From NCBI GenBank assembly GCA_030248215.1, contig JASANG010002537.1, forward strand, positions 372,001 to 436,000: a stretch of DNA of 64,000 nucleotides, given 5' to 3'. The stretch comes from Enoplolaimus lenunculus. Taxonomy: Eukaryota. The notes under the pieces were generated by a model. The model was not told where the DNA came from and made no database searches. It saw only the letters and a program-made list of their open reading frames with translations. Positions 1 to 13,986 of this stretch are shown one piece after another. Position numbers and translations under genes: made by a program. Every line of letters starts with the position of its first letter. Positions within the stretch are counted from its first letter, which is position 1.

Positions 1-2350
1 AATCTTCTCAGACTTCTTTTAAGCTGAATAAAACTCTGTTCTAAACTGAGTAACAACTCTGTGCTGCATGAAACTTCGCATATAGAAATACTGCAAACGC
101 CATCATTTGAAAATATACTTCTGAATGTTTAAAAGTTACCTAAAAATGTAAAAATTTCAAAAAATGTAAATGAGGAAGAAGTCGTACAAGAGCCAATTAA
201 TTTTTTACGAGTGATCTGTAATTTTGCAGGGTGCTTCATATTTTAAATAATTTACAACGGTTCATTTGTATTAATATTTTCGACATTCTATCCCTTATAA
301 CGACATCTTCAGGTCGGCTGCGTTTTGAAATTAAGAATAAATTTTGTACGATGTCGAACCTTTTGATTATAAAATTTAGGGTTTATAAAAATGTAATTTT
401 TTATAAATTTTTTAAAGAAGTTTGAGGAACATTAAGTTGTCAATTTCAATTAAAGTTAAAGTCACCGAAGTTCAATGTGTGAACAGTGGGGTTTTTTACT
501 TCAGTTTTTAAATAATATTCATGAGTTTTTGAATTTTTGATGTTTTCTATATATATCAAATATACTCATTTCATTATAATATATGAAGAAATTAGAGCAA
601 ACTAACGAAAATATATATAGACCACAGAGTTTGTCTTAAGATTTTTTCATTGGTAGATCACAGGTGTCTTCTTGACAAATAAAAATTAAAAATTGCATGC
701 GGAACTTACGCAATCCTAACCTTTAAGTTTTACATTCTTCAGCCGTTATCAAACTGCTAAAATGTGCTGTCCAACTGCAAACGTAAAAATAAGGTTGCAC
801 GCAACTCAAAACAAAGCCTTAGGGCCGTAACAGTGGTATGAGCATATTACTAATTCTAAGCCTAAGCGTAAGACTAAGACCGTTTCATTTAGCTATTTGG
901 CTTGAAACAGTTTAAAAGCAAAGCTCTAATACTAAAGTGTGGTCAGAATCTATAATTTGCTAGTTAGAATACAAATTCGCTAATACTGAGTACTGATATG
1001 ACATTTGCGCACTCAAATCTAGGCCCATATTCTCAAATTTGTACAGCATCTATCACCAGTTGGTAACAAGTTTTCAAATTTCCGAGCTGTTTCAGTCGCA
1101 AGTCTCAAATTTTGCATAAAAATCGGGAAGTCAAATCAGGAAAATATGATCAATTCCTAAAAGTTCTCCTTTCAATGGTTTAAAAGTACCAAGACTTGTC
1201 TTCAACTGGTGTTACGTGCTACACACATTTGAGAATACGGTCACTAGATACAGCTGCGATAATCCCGAACAATACTGGCTCTTGTACACTTCCCCACCCA
1301 GACTTGGACTTAACCGCACGTGTGCGCTTTAGTTCTCAAACTTAGATCTAGAAAACTAACTAAAAGCCTAAGCCTAAACCATAAAAAGAGCGAAAGATAA
1401 AAACTAGCAGAAATATACTATCGCACTATAGTTATAATTTTTTGTCATTATCAGCAACGGGAGCGTTAATATTTGAAACCATAACTCCAATTGAAATGTC
1501 TCACATTGATCTCACACGGTCAACCATTAATAAATCTAATACTTATCCTACAGCTTCAACATCGGTTACATCTGTCAGGTGGTCAACCGTGGTTAAACTC
1601 GTCGTTGAAAAACTGTCACCCCCAAATTTGTGTTTAGGACTAGTTTCCGAAAAAATAATTCATATTTTATGTTTAAATCGAAATTGAAAATGAACCCGTG
1701 TTAATAAAGGGGCCTGCCTACATAAAAGTGGGGGCTTAGAACTCGGGAAGTTTTAGGTTTAGGCTTGAGCTTAGTATTTAGGCTTATATTTACGCTGACG
1801 CTTAGGCATAGGCTTAGTTTTTAGTAAACCAGATCCCTATTATAAAACGTGTTAAACCGCTCCTCGCTGTATAAAACGATCAAAACGAAATATTTTTGGA
1901 AGGTTATGTTCCGATAAGCAGTATATTCAACTGCGCTAATAAAACAACAATTGCAGCTAAAAATAACGCAAATGCGTGTCCCGACGCGCGTTGCTGAGTG
2001 CTCAGACCATGATTTAATGAATTACTTCTTGACGTATGCGACGGAAATTATATGTCCGCCGAATACGGGGGGAGCGATGGGTGCGCTGCCACCGCACAAA
2101 TTACATCTTCACCCCACAGACCAAAAATGTTCGACAACCTCGAAACAATTTTGTGCTGCGAAAATTAGTCCTACATCCGCAATAAATATTCTTGGCCCCG
2201 GCTATTTACAATTCCAGGGTGTACGGTGGGATGTAAGGAACAAAAAATTAAAAAAATTTGTAAACTTTAAAACAGTTTGTCACGTTTTTCATTCGAGTTG
2301 TTTTTTGAAAAATGTTTAGTCAAATTTGACGGTTGACATAGCCAAACGAG

Positions 2351-2355
2351 TAATG

Positions 2356-2392
<37 letters not shown>

Positions 2393-2437
2393 TAATAATA
2401 ATGACAATAATAATAATAATAATAACAAAAATAATAA
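2351..2437. repeat. (AAT)n microsatellite
   Basis: Direct reading. Confidence 0.95.
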
Positions 2438-2920
2438 TTTCGATAATCATTGTTGAAAAATATTAAAGGTGATTTTTTTCTGTCAAATATTTAAAAATCC
2501 GACAAATCTCAGTTAGGACAAATGAGGTGAAATGATATTTATAATTGTGAATTTTTCGCATCCTCAGGCTTGCGTCCGATATAATGTCGCGTGCAAAAAT
2601 TTGCCGTGCCATCTACGTTTCTGCGTGTAAATAAATATACTTCATCAAAAGTGTGTTTACAGATTTTCGAACAGCATAAATAAATGCTAAATCAAACGGT
2701 TGTTTACCGACTGGAGCGTAAACAAAGGTAAAAAGGGGAATTTATCGTTTCCAATATTTCTGAAAAGACAATATAAATGTTTTCACACGCTTCAGAATAA
2801 CCAATCAAATCACGCTATGCACTATGGAAATAAAACTCTGGCTAAAGTCACTCGTACAAAACGAGTGTCGAAAAAATTGCGAGCGAACCGCACAGGAAGC
2901 TTGAATTTAAAGCTGCTGTA

Positions 2921-4354
2921 GGGTAAACTTGCCTAATATGGACAATTTTAACATAGCTCTATCTAAACAATATTGTTGAGCTTTGGGTGTATGGACACTT
3001 TATCAATTTTATATGGACATTGCACTGATTATATGGACACTAGCTAATTTGCACTCAAGCATCACTGAACGCATAGGCTAATTTATTTCCACGTAAAACA
3101 TAACATCGTCTATAACACGTTTACATCATCTCGCACTCAATATGATAGATAATCAGGGTGTAACCGGATATCCGCTTCCGTTTCCGGTAAAAAATCAGTG
3201 TCCGTGTCCGTTATGGAAATACTGAAAATTAATTTAGTTATTTTTTGCAGATTTTCAGCAGCAGTCGCATGCGCATCGATAAAACAAACTATCTGAAACT
3301 GAAACCCAATTCAATCTACCACTAAAACTTTAACCAGAAAGCCAACAAATTTTATATTAGACCTTATTTTTGGGAGCAAGATTAATTTATCATATCTAAA
3401 ACAAGATATTTCAACCAGTAATGACATTATTTAAAATGCCATGGGTAAGGTTTTGAGTTTCTCCATTCACCGCACTCTAGGTTGCGAAATTATATTTGAT
3501 ATAAAATATAACCCGGTCGTATTTGATGCAAATAATGATGCCAAAACGCTTTTTACTGCTAGTATAAATTCACAAACGCAATCCTTAAATTCCGACAATT
3601 TTCTTTATGAATTCAACGCAGTCAACTACATCGACGATAAAACGCAGTAATTGCATCCCGGTGTACCTAAATAATGTTCTGATGCTTTCCTCGTGCCGAA
3701 TGTTATGTCTGCTGTATAACTGCAGTAAAATAAAAAAATTCGGCGAACGTTTAGGCTTAGTTTCCGATTCCGTTTCCGTTATTTTGATCACTATCCGTTT
3801 CCGTCATTTTTGGTACTATAGGTCCTAAAATTATTCCCGCTGACATGAAATCCTGACTGCACCCCTGCCAAAAATTGCACATTTGACTGTAACTGACTCA
3901 TTATTGTTGGAATACAACATTTACAGAAGAAAACACCTCGCGTCGGTGTTCCACAATCCTCGTGAACACAATTGTGTTACACTCCATACACCACACCTAT
4001 TCCGTGGCAATTGTTTCAGAGTTAAAATGAGCCTTTACACGAGCTTGCCAACGAGATAAAAATCTGTTATATAGAGCACGGTTTATACTTCGATATTTAA
4101 GACTAAGCGTTAGCCAAATGTCAGAAAGTCTTAGCATAGTTTTAAGTTTTATAGCGTTTAAGCGCTATAAAGTGACATCATTTTGCACTAGCTAGTGTAA
4201 TCGCCGTGTAACTCGATGTGTAAAGAGTGCTCTACCAGAGCTATGTGTCCATATAAAAATCATAGCAATATATCGTTATTTACACGTTGAAAATTATGCT
4301 CGTTTGTTAGATGTGTCCATACAACACACGTGTCCATAATAGGCAAGTTTACCC
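2921..4354. mobile_element. 1.43-kb non-autonomous TIR DNA transposon, TA flanks
   Basis: 24-bp TIR GGGTAAACTTGCCTA(A/T)TATGGACA (23/24 match) with TA on both sides. Subterminal TATGGACA copies on the left and TGTCCATA copies on the right. Confidence 0.8.
3154..3867 (+). repeat. Interspersed CAGGG...CCCTG repeat with (TCCGTT)-rich arms nested in the 2921-4354 element
   Basis: CAGGGTGTAACCGGATATCCG...TTCCGTT start. A reverse-oriented relative ends at about 35527 (GCGGTTACACCCTG). No TSD was recognised. Confidence 0.5.
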
Positions 4355-5679
4355 TAAACGTAAATGTGAAATTTCAGTTTTGCTTCGGTTCAGAGATGTG
4401 ATCAAATCGCTGGATCGCCCCTGTTCTTGTGGTGCGTGTAGAGCTATAGATCAAACCTCGTGAGCGGAGCTATTATGAAACGTGACGTAACGTAGTATTA
4501 AATCTGTGTGCAACAGTGGCAAGAAAGACATTTTTTGTTAGTGTGATTGGAGGTGTACACCCCAAACTCCGCCTTGGTCCGCGCATGTCTGATGTTCTGT
4601 TCTCATAGACAGTTGATCTTACGTTTTCTACCGTGGGTCACAGTTGCAGTCTGCAGAAACCACCTCGAACGAATTTTATGTTTTATTTTGGACAACATAT
4701 GTGGGGTTCATGTTGTAGCCGAGGCAGCATGGGACAAGTTTTGGTCCTGTTAGACTATTGGGTAAAATATGTCTGCTTATAAACCCCATATCATATTTAA
4801 AAAGTCGATGTGTCCTATTCTACTATCATCATGTGCAAGTCACTTTTTGTTCTTCAATGTCATATGATATTATGCTGTATAAATATCATATGATACGTTT
4901 TTAATTGTTTACATACTTGATGTAACATAACGAAATTGTTCTGTCGAATATTATATGATACTAGTGTTTGAAATTTGAAATTTGTAGTCTTGACGCTGTT
5001 GTTCTGGGTGATTTTGTGTCGGAAACGAATTTGCCGACGTGTATTTGGTTTTTAAGCACATCTGTGTTTTTGTCTTGTAACATTCGATTCAGTTTCAGCA
5101 CGCTAACATCATACTGTCTCATTGAATATCATATGATATTCGCTGTTTTGGAATGTCATATTACACTCGCATGAATGTATGACAGTATTACGTGACATTC
5201 CGGTTCTTGTATACATTGAAAATCTGAGAGCGGTAGTTTGTAAGTTAATGTCATATGACATTAGAATTTTGCCTGTTCACCCTAAATGACAGCTCGAATT
5301 TTAACATTGACGTCGAATCAACATGGGACAAACTGTGCTCTGGTTGCCACGGTAACAACGTGAATCCCGCATAATTCTTTTATATGTTAAAGCATGTATA
5401 AAATTGAAAAAAACATAGATATAACATAATGTCAAAATACAAATGCACGAAAGTTTTCGCTGAGTTCAAAATATTAATACAATAATCACACAAACTTATC
5501 AGCTGAAACTGTAGATATTTCCGATGGATTTATCCATGCGCTTAATCTGAATTTAAATCAATGTTCTAAGGATAATGAAAAGATTACAGTTCATTAATTA
5601 GACCAAATTCTGTATTTAGTTTCAGATATGTCGGGCACCTCAGCTTTAGATTTTGCAAGGTACGCCATCTAAGCATACA

Positions 5680-5865
5680 GGTCCATGTAAAGATCATCGC
5701 GGAACGTTTTTCTGCGGGAGTGCAATAAAATATTAAGTTTAATCTTTCGACTAATTTTTTGCTTAGTCTTAAGTTTAAGTATACGCTCATTGTTCGGTCT
5801 AGGTTTAGGCTTAGGCTTAGGAACATACTTATACTACTGTTACGGCCCTGTTCTATACATTTGCC
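5680..5865. mobile_element. TTAGGC-bearing GGCC-ended MITE (degenerate copy)
   Basis: GGTCCATGTAAAGATC... and ...CTGTTCTATACATTTGCC termini with internal TTAGGC variants. Confidence 0.7.
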
Positions 5866-6061
5866 TGCATAACGGTTTAAATCACCTCCATAAGTCTTAC
5901 TTTAGTAAAAGTATGTGCGCCTCTTTTGCAACACAAAGATCCGGAATATTGTAAAATTTTATCAATAATTGTAAACTATTCTTAATACAAAGGCTTTGCG
6001 AAAACGATCCAATCAGCAATAAAACCGTGTATATAACGTTTCCAAAAACATAGGACAGTAT

Positions 6062-9000
6062 TCAAGCCTTTTTCGGTTTCAGAAAAGGCAACTTTTCTTC
6101 AACTCTGAAAGCATAAAATGATAGTAAGTTTCAAAAATAATTTTGGCATTTTGAATTTTTAGAAATAGCTTCAAGGTAGAGTTTGAACTCCGGCATTTCG
6201 GATGGAAGGTATTTGTTTACTGTCACTTCCCTACAAGATTGATACTCGATTCTGAGATTTTATAGTACGCATAAGCGTAAACTAAGTATGCGGTTCTGAG
6301 TGGCACAAACTTAAATTTACGCTAATGTACACTTACTCTAGAATCTGGTCTCCAAACAAATTTATCACGTTTAGATATATTAAGTTAACGTATATATGAT
6401 TTTAGGACAAAGTTTAAAACTTCAAGCACAGAAACAAATCCATGCATATTAAGGTGTAATTGTAAGGGTTGCGATATACTCTTCACGCCCCGCCACACGC
6501 CGGCGTGCAGAGTGACGTGCAAAGCGGCGTACAGCGGCGCAGCGGAGTTCGTATCGACGCGCACAAGCATCTGGTTCAATAAAGTATAACGCAAACCCTT
6601 AATCTTCGGCCGTCAATCAGTAAAAATGTTAATCAATTACTCCTTACTGTTTATGAATTTCGTCAGCTCTACTAATTGCCATTCCGTAGTACTGATCAAT
6701 TGGTTCTTGATATAATTCGTAAATTTTTGGAATTGTAAAAACAGCAATTGTTACTGAAAACAATGTTTAATGCAAATTAGCGAAGCATATAAATAATTTA
6801 TACGAATCGTTTTTTAGTTAAAACTTCGCCAACAAATTAATCTCCCGGCTATTGATATTAAACAGTTTGAGTTTCGACCTAAGCCTAATTGGCTAAGCCT
6901 AATTGGCTAAGCCTAACGTTAAGCTTAAGACTAAGCATAAGTTAAATTGTAAAGCCTAAGTCTAAGCTATGGCAAAAGTTTATTTTATACCAAAAAACTA
7001 AACCAAACTAAGCTGCAAGGTGTACCTAAGAAGATACAAGTATCCGCCGACCGTATAAGATGGATCATGATGCAGAAGTAGCGTCTGACTACACTAATGA
7101 AATAGGATAGATTAGCAGACTGTTTAATCCAAAAAGTATCATGTCATAATTATGCAAATATCAATCATGCATGTATTTTTCTTTAATTTTTTACTACACT
7201 GTCAACATATTGCAGCTTTTATTAATGGTAGTTGTACAAAGTGCTTTGTATACAAGAGTAGAATTCACCTATTGGAAACGCGATGAAATGGCAAAAATTA
7301 CGAAATCTCTTTCTTACTAAATATTAGCAATGTAATTCCAGAAAACCATGCTCCGACGTATGTCAACGCCCATAATAAAACGCCGAACTGAAATATAATG
7401 AGTGAAAGCAGTAAACACAACTTTACAAGTTGTTTAGTCAACTAAATTTATCAGATACTCTGGCAAATCGTTCAAATTATTCAGCTTAAACTTCTACAAT
7501 CCAAATACAATCAAAATCGTCTGGCATCAGTTTGCAACTATTACGGTTAAGTGGACCGAGCTAAACTTAATCCCGTCGTTAAGCAGCACTCAGGGTTAAT
7601 GCTGCCAGCAATTGCAGCAGCAACTTGAGCGTGTGCAAGTTTTGTTTGAACCAATCAGAAACTTTGCCACTGCAAACGATTCACTGTTAATAATGGTAAT
7701 TACGAATTGGGTTCACATGTGCGTGCAATCATGCGACTCGCCTAAATTTATTGCACCTGATTCGGTGCATAGTTCCACTGGAAACTACATCAGTGTAAAC
7801 TTTGTTTGATATTATTTGCACTAAGCTGTAAAGTATTCGTATGGGTCAAGATTCAGCTAAAAATTTATCGTATGTTGCAACACTTGTAGCTACAATTTCT
7901 TCTACGCTCAATTTGGAACGGCAAATTTTTGCTGCAAAAACTGGACTCGCACACGATTTTGGAAATTTATGAATTTATGAGCAATTGTTGTGTCACACTG
8001 AATCTACGACAATTTGTCGCCCGTTAACTTACCGTCCCCAATGAAACCAAGAAATATTTTTGTCTAAAAGTTAAACAAGTTATAAGCCATTCGACGCAGC
8101 TTGCGGAGCTGAGGTGAATGGTGTTGAATTTTCTTTGATCCGACGACTGGCTAACGAGTTATAGTCGAATAACTGGTTTAACGCCGTCCCAAATTGTTGG
8201 CAGTTCGCTAAATGATTTATTTGTTCATAACTTGCTAACCAGACGTCGGATTGTAAAAACATTTAACACCATTCAACTAAAACGACACCACATTTTATTT
8301 ACCTTCATACTGTCGACAATATCCTGTACGAAAAATAATTGTTTGCAACGTTTTAGCACTTTCGAGGCATTGTCACAAAAGCAGTCAACGTGTTTGTCGA
8401 TTTTAGATTTTTCAATACCATATGTAGTGTCTAAGTATTTTCTGAAGTAAAAGTTTTGACTCAATTAGATTGAATTACGACACAGTCGTTCTATCGACTG
8501 AAGTTTTCCTCCTTTAATATTTATATCACTAGTACAGTTGGCTAGCATTTATGCGTTCTCAAACAATTTCTACTGACAAACTAGTCTATCATAAATTTCA
8601 TTAATATTTCTTGCCGTTGAAGTATTTTAATTTAAACAGTGCATTTGTGTACTGATCGTTATAGCCAGCCGGGCAAATGATACACCATGAGTCGGATGGA
8701 GATTGGGTCAGTCAACAAAGTAAATGTTTGTTTTGTAATTACTGTTCTAAACAGTGTTGACACTGGCGGATCAAAGCAGGGGTCTACCCTCTGGCTTAGG
8801 CCCCCCAACAGAGAGAAAATCAAAATTTTGTATTAAGGTTTAGAACTAAAGCAGCGTTCGTCTTCATTCACGCTGCCACAACAACAACAAAAACAAATAC
8901 AACAACAACAGCAGCAACAGCAACAACAACAATAGCAACAACAACAACAACAAGAACAACAACAACAACATCATCATCAAGAACAAGAACAACAAGAACA

Positions 9001-10456
9001 ACAACATCAACATCATCATCATCATCATCAACAACAACAACAAAGGCAACAACATCTTGTAGTCACAATCGATTTACTTCCATTTGACACCTCAAAGCTT
9101 CCCATAATTCAGCCCCCGCAACTTACTGAAACGGATTCGCTTCTTCTTGCTTTCGGATAGCGCCAACAACATTACGATACAGACGATAACTGAACGTCAG
9201 AGTAAGAATAACAAGACCCAAATAGGAAAATATTGATACAACAGACGAGCATTTGAGCCAAAACAGTACAAACAGCGTAACGGCAAATATTGGCGCAGTA
9301 CGTTTTGGATCACGCCAGTATATCACGTCCAGAACTAAAATTCAACTTTACACAATCTTTTTCGAATGAAATTATTCAGATTTTGCCCACATTACAAGTA
9401 CAGTCACCACTACCACCATTCTGTACCTGCCTATACGGAAGTTTATTAACCTTAATTAGCTTAACTTTAAACTGCAACAATTCAAGTAAGAAGTCAGTGA
9501 GAATTTAGCGTTCAAGATTAGGTTTGCTAATCAAACCAATCGAGACGTAAATACCTTACAGCGACAAATCCAGAAATGAATTAGGGATGCGAAGTCGCAA
9601 CCCTTTCGTGATGAAACATTTTTGATACAAATGGTTTTTCCGTAGCTTAAAATTGTGTTTTCGAGCTAAACAGCCAAAAAATATGACGCTGATTCCAGCA
9701 CGGATTCAAAACACTTGCGCATACGGCACAATTTGCGAGCCATCAACTATCGAAACTTTTGCTATACTTTTATAAATCTGTCAGATTTCGAACACCCAAA
9801 GAGAATTATTCCCCACCGGAAAATCCTGCATCGGTCACTGATACGTAGCCTTTGTAACCACATATGAGGTCGTTTGTGAAATTTTTAGCTTCAACCAAAA
9901 CTTTAGTCCCTGCTGATCATTAAAGCTCTGTACGCTATATATCAGCTTCGTTGCTAGCTCTATATTTCGCAGCGGTTAAACTTCAAAGTACAGGTTGGTG
10001 TCTTTGAGAATTAAACGAGAAAAAATTATGCTGCAATTTAAGAGGTAAATCATTGTAAATTGTACAGAGAGCGCCGATTCTTCATAGGGTATGTCGACTG
10101 ATATTTAGTATCTGACAAGTTTTTTTTGCAGAAAATTAATTATTTACATGTGGTGTACATGACTGCAACCAGCTCAAAATGCAAGAGACGCTAAAACTAA
10201 TTTAAAAGATGCACGTTGTTGATTTAGCAAGACATACTGGCGAGAGCCAGGGTACACCGGGACCTCCTGGTCAACCTCTGCTACGAGCCGTTGGCTATAT
10301 TTTGTTAAATTGTAATAAAACATCAGTATTAGCGCATTACAATAAATCAAGGTTCAAAACATTAATAGGTTAAATAGAAATTGACTGTGGCAAAGTTGAT
10401 TTTTTACCTTTAGCGGCGTTTGATCTCACAACGCTTTGAGGATACGTACTGGTCAT
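6062..10456 (-). CDS. ret-1: Reticulon (short RHD-only isoform, 204 aa); exons 10408-10456, 9127-9334, 8303-8441, 7318-7387, 6648-6753, 6062-6104
   Basis: All introns are GT-AG and phases join into one ORF (49+208+139+70+106+43=615 nt): MTSTYPQSVVRSNAAKVLDVIYWRDPKRTAPIFAVTLF...NPFQKYLD...LFFVQDIVDSMKFGVLLWALTYVGAWFSGITLLIFITIAVFTIPKIYELYQEPIDQY...VEEKLPFLKPKKA*. These are classic reticulon-homology-domain motifs. The first exon is the least certain. Confidence 0.93.
6466..6598. mobile_element. Small GC-rich MITE in the last reticulon intron
   Basis: Inverted termini GGGTTGCGATATACT / AGTATAACGCAAACCC flanked by TAA and TTA. Confidence 0.6.
8877..9056. repeat. Compound (CAA)n/(CAT)n microsatellite in a reticulon intron
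   Basis: Direct reading. It explains the poly-Leu/Met ORF. Confidence 0.95.
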
Positions 10457-11423
10457 TTGTCTACTAATTAATAATTAAGCTAAAAATTTGATTAGTTATA
10501 TTAGATGGATTTTAGAGACGTAAAACTCTCAAGTCAATCGCTGACGCGTGTTGCTTTTGAACTTAACTCAGCAATAGAGTTAAGTTTAAAGTTTGCTTAG
10601 ACCAGGGCCGTAAGAACAGTAGAACCATAGTCCTAAGTGTAAGCATAAGTGTGAGAACAAGCCTATATATCTAAGCCGCCTAAGCCTAAGCCTAAGTGTA
10701 AGCGAAAAAGCTTAAACTTACTCCATTGCAGTCCTGCAGCAAAACGTTCCGCTTCTTATCTTTACATGGGTCCCGGTTAGGACTGGAATCTTAGTATTAA
10801 CATAGATTGCTGGCACCACCGAGTCATATGGCAAGCGTAAATACTTTATTAAGATTCACAAAGCTGAGTTTCAATCTCGGTCGGCACACTTATACTTCAT
10901 GTCATGAGAAGCTCAAATATGCAAAAAAATACATTTGGAAAAACCAACTTTGACTTCGTGAAAAAGATTATTAAAAAATCTCTTTTCAAGAATGAAACGT
11001 TCAAAGAAAGCTATTGTGATCAATATTGCAGGTAAGCTATTGAAGTGCAGAAAAACAACAAATATGTACGTAATCAACACCTCATCAAACAACAACTATC
11101 CCCAAAAAACAACAACGGTGAAACCAACGTATTCTTTGCCAGAGCAAAATAATGCGCTGAGTTTGCCATTCTGTTTTTAAGCCCGACACGCCTTGTCTTA
11201 TGCTGCATTCGATGTGGCTACAGCAATGTATACCGAATATCATACCATTAATGTGAGAGAAGAAACAATGAGGTTTATTTTGTTATGTAAAACGCAACAC
11301 CTCGCTAAACTATCGTACTCTTACTTTATCCGAGTGTCGGAATTATGGCTAATCAAAGATATAGTTTGGGTATTTTGCCAATGTATAGCACAAGGGTTTC
11401 CCATTTTCCAAGGTGGAAAAAAG

Positions 11424-11770
11424 TTAGCGGTTCAGGCGAGGTTCGGAAGCCGGGAAAAGCGTAAACGTTAAACGTAGAAGTTTTCTCTAAGTCTGGTAGC
11501 GTTCCAATGGTTTGGTTGCTTTGTTTGAAACAGAGGGAGGTGTAGTTCGGTTAGGAAAACTGGAAAAGTGGATAATTCAGACACCCCAATATTCCCTAGT
11601 TGAGTAGGGTTTAGCGGTTTAGGTGAGGTTTGGAAGCCAGCCGGGAAAAGCGTAAAAGTTAAACGTAGAAGTTTTCTCTAAGTCTGGTAGGGTTCGAATG
11701 GTTTGGTTGCTTTGTCTGAAAAAGTGGGATGTGTAGTTCGGGTCGGAAAACGGGAAAAGTTAAAAATTCA
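11424..11770. repeat. Two-copy direct duplication, period about 187 bp
   Basis: TTAGCGGTT...GTTAAACGTAGAAGTTTTCTCTAAGTCTGGTAG...GGAAAAGT at 11424 and 11611. Confidence 0.9.
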
Positions 11771-13986
11771 TACCTAGGCATTGACGTTTTCCGGTTTTCC
11801 GAGCAATCTGAGCTTCATACGACCTTTTCTGATCATTTTACTTTAAAAATTAAATTAGAAATATTCTATTTTCGGAGGTCCTTTAGGTCCGTTTCATATT
11901 GGAATAAAAAAATTTCCTAAAAATTCGTAAATTAATGCGACATTCGACACTGCTTGGTTTTCCGAATTAAATGGTGCTCAATTTATCACAACTTGACCAT
12001 TAGCTCAGGAGGTATCGTCGAATAACTGTTTCGGCAATCAACCAACGGTTCGGCAAGGCGACAAATGAGTTAATAAATCATACGATAAGGAAAGAGAAAC
12101 TCAAATACGATGTAAAACTGACTGTTTTCATCGCCACTCCTAACATTTAGGGGGCATGTATTCCATTCATCACTAGAAGCTTTTACAACTAAGATCACGA
12201 GAAGGCTAAATAAAGCGCTAACCATAGCTTTTAGCTAAAATTACAAAAAATGTATACGTGTGTTATTGGTACAATCGCTCGAGTTACGCGCATTATTAAT
12301 AAACAGACAAAGCTGCGATCAAAGCAACCAAATTCACCAGAACTAACAGATTTGTGAGGCACGAGAACAACACTACCCCAGCTACATACGCAGTATTTCA
12401 TTTCGAGAGGGTATAACTTCTAGTAATGATTTATATTGCGACCATAATCGAGTGAAAGATGATTTCTCGTCAGGAGTAGAGGTTTATTCACAAATTGAAA
12501 TAAGCATGATTTTTAATGAACCATTACTAAATTCGTAGGAGGGTGTAAGTCCCTTTCAACCTTTTTCACTATGTACCCGTGCAGTACCAACACGCCTCGG
12601 TCGAATATCAGCGTACAATCTTATGTGAGCATGCTCGTAGACAGCTCATCCTGCTGGCGGGAGGGGGGCAAAAGGAGGAACAGACAGGTGAACTGCTGGC
12701 GTACAGCTGGGATTAAAACTTTTTCTAGGTGGCGTATAACTTATTTTATGAGAGAGAGGGGTTGGGCCCCCGGGTCCCTCTCTGGCTACCAGCGCAAGTA
12801 TTAGCACCTCAGAAGAATCGGAGGATGTGTATATGTTGAATTTAGGCAAATTCTATATTTGTATGTAAGAACGTGCTTATTAACACGCATACTACATTTT
12901 AAATTAGAACTTGCGTATGTCAACTGATTATGCTGAGCTGTGTTTTGCTTGAGGTTTACCATTTGGCACACTTATTGCCGTCAATCTATATGGAACAGGT
13001 CCCGAACAAAGTTGGGAGCATTGGACATTTGGTTAAACTTAGGGACTTAGGTTTACGATAAAATTTACGACGCTTAGTTCTTAGAACTTTTCAGGTTTTT
13101 TTCGTTATCGCGTTTGAGACTGGCGCTTATCCACAAACGGTGTCTGATTTGAAAAATTGTTCAATATTTGATCTTGCAATCACTTTTGATGGTCACGAAA
13201 CTTTCAAATTTTTATAAAATTCGATTATTAATCGATTCGTACAGTCTTATGGCGTGATTTTTAACTTACGTTTTTGTTTTTCAGGCAAGATATTGCAAAA
13301 TGATGGTTGATCTGAAAATAAAGTATTTAAAAAATTTAAAATTTACTTCGTCGAATTTGACAATAATGTGTCTGACGGCGATTGACCGCACTGACACTAA
13401 TATTGTCAACCATTATATATAGCTTCACCGTTACCTTTTTTTACTAAATACCTAATTATATCCCTCGTACTTATGATAACGACTCGTTATGTTAGATTTC
13501 TATAACGTCCGAGCCAGTAGACAAGGGGGGCCGGGCCCTCACCAGAATAATTATGGACCTCTACAAAATTTTTATCCTGGTTTATAAGTCAACGAAAACC
13601 CTTGTATGCCTCTCCTGAAAATTTTATAGACCCCTAGCAAGGTGAGCAGGCTACGGACCTGATAAACCTGCCTCTATCATCAACAGCTTAACATGCAGGA
13701 CTGGCTAAGACAAGATCGACAACATTGTTGCAATGAACGGGAAAAAATTAGACTCGGGTATCCGAAAGTTTTACAAAAGCCATCGAGTTCCCCTTACGTA
13801 CAGGATCGCAACTACGGGGGCAGGCGAGAGAACACCACGCGCATTACGAGCAGCTTCGCCACTCCTCTGGTGGAAAACTTTTTTAAACTGCATAAAAAAT
13901 TTTACGTTAGGAAAGTTTCCCTTGCTCCTCTGGAAGCGTTCTTGTCCCTCGGCAGAAAATTCCTGGTTGCGAGCCTACCTACGTAC

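Noticed and set aside
8080..8262. ORF segment FLQSDVWLASYEQINHLAN resembling astacin C pro-peptide FESDIILNQEQINYIAN
   Set aside because: The match is short (12 identical nt), needs a gap, lacks CxxC and splice context, and lies in a reticulon intron. Most likely chance.
8864..9055. Poly-Leu/Met ORF
   Set aside because: It is the translation of an intronic (CAA)/(CAT) microsatellite.
12390..12483. Another possible phase-1 reticulon exon (TSTPDEKSSFTRLWSQYKSLLEVIPSRNEIL|GTATGT, minus strand)
   Set aside because: There is an in-frame TAA immediately upstream, no in-frame ATG and no convincing AG acceptor.
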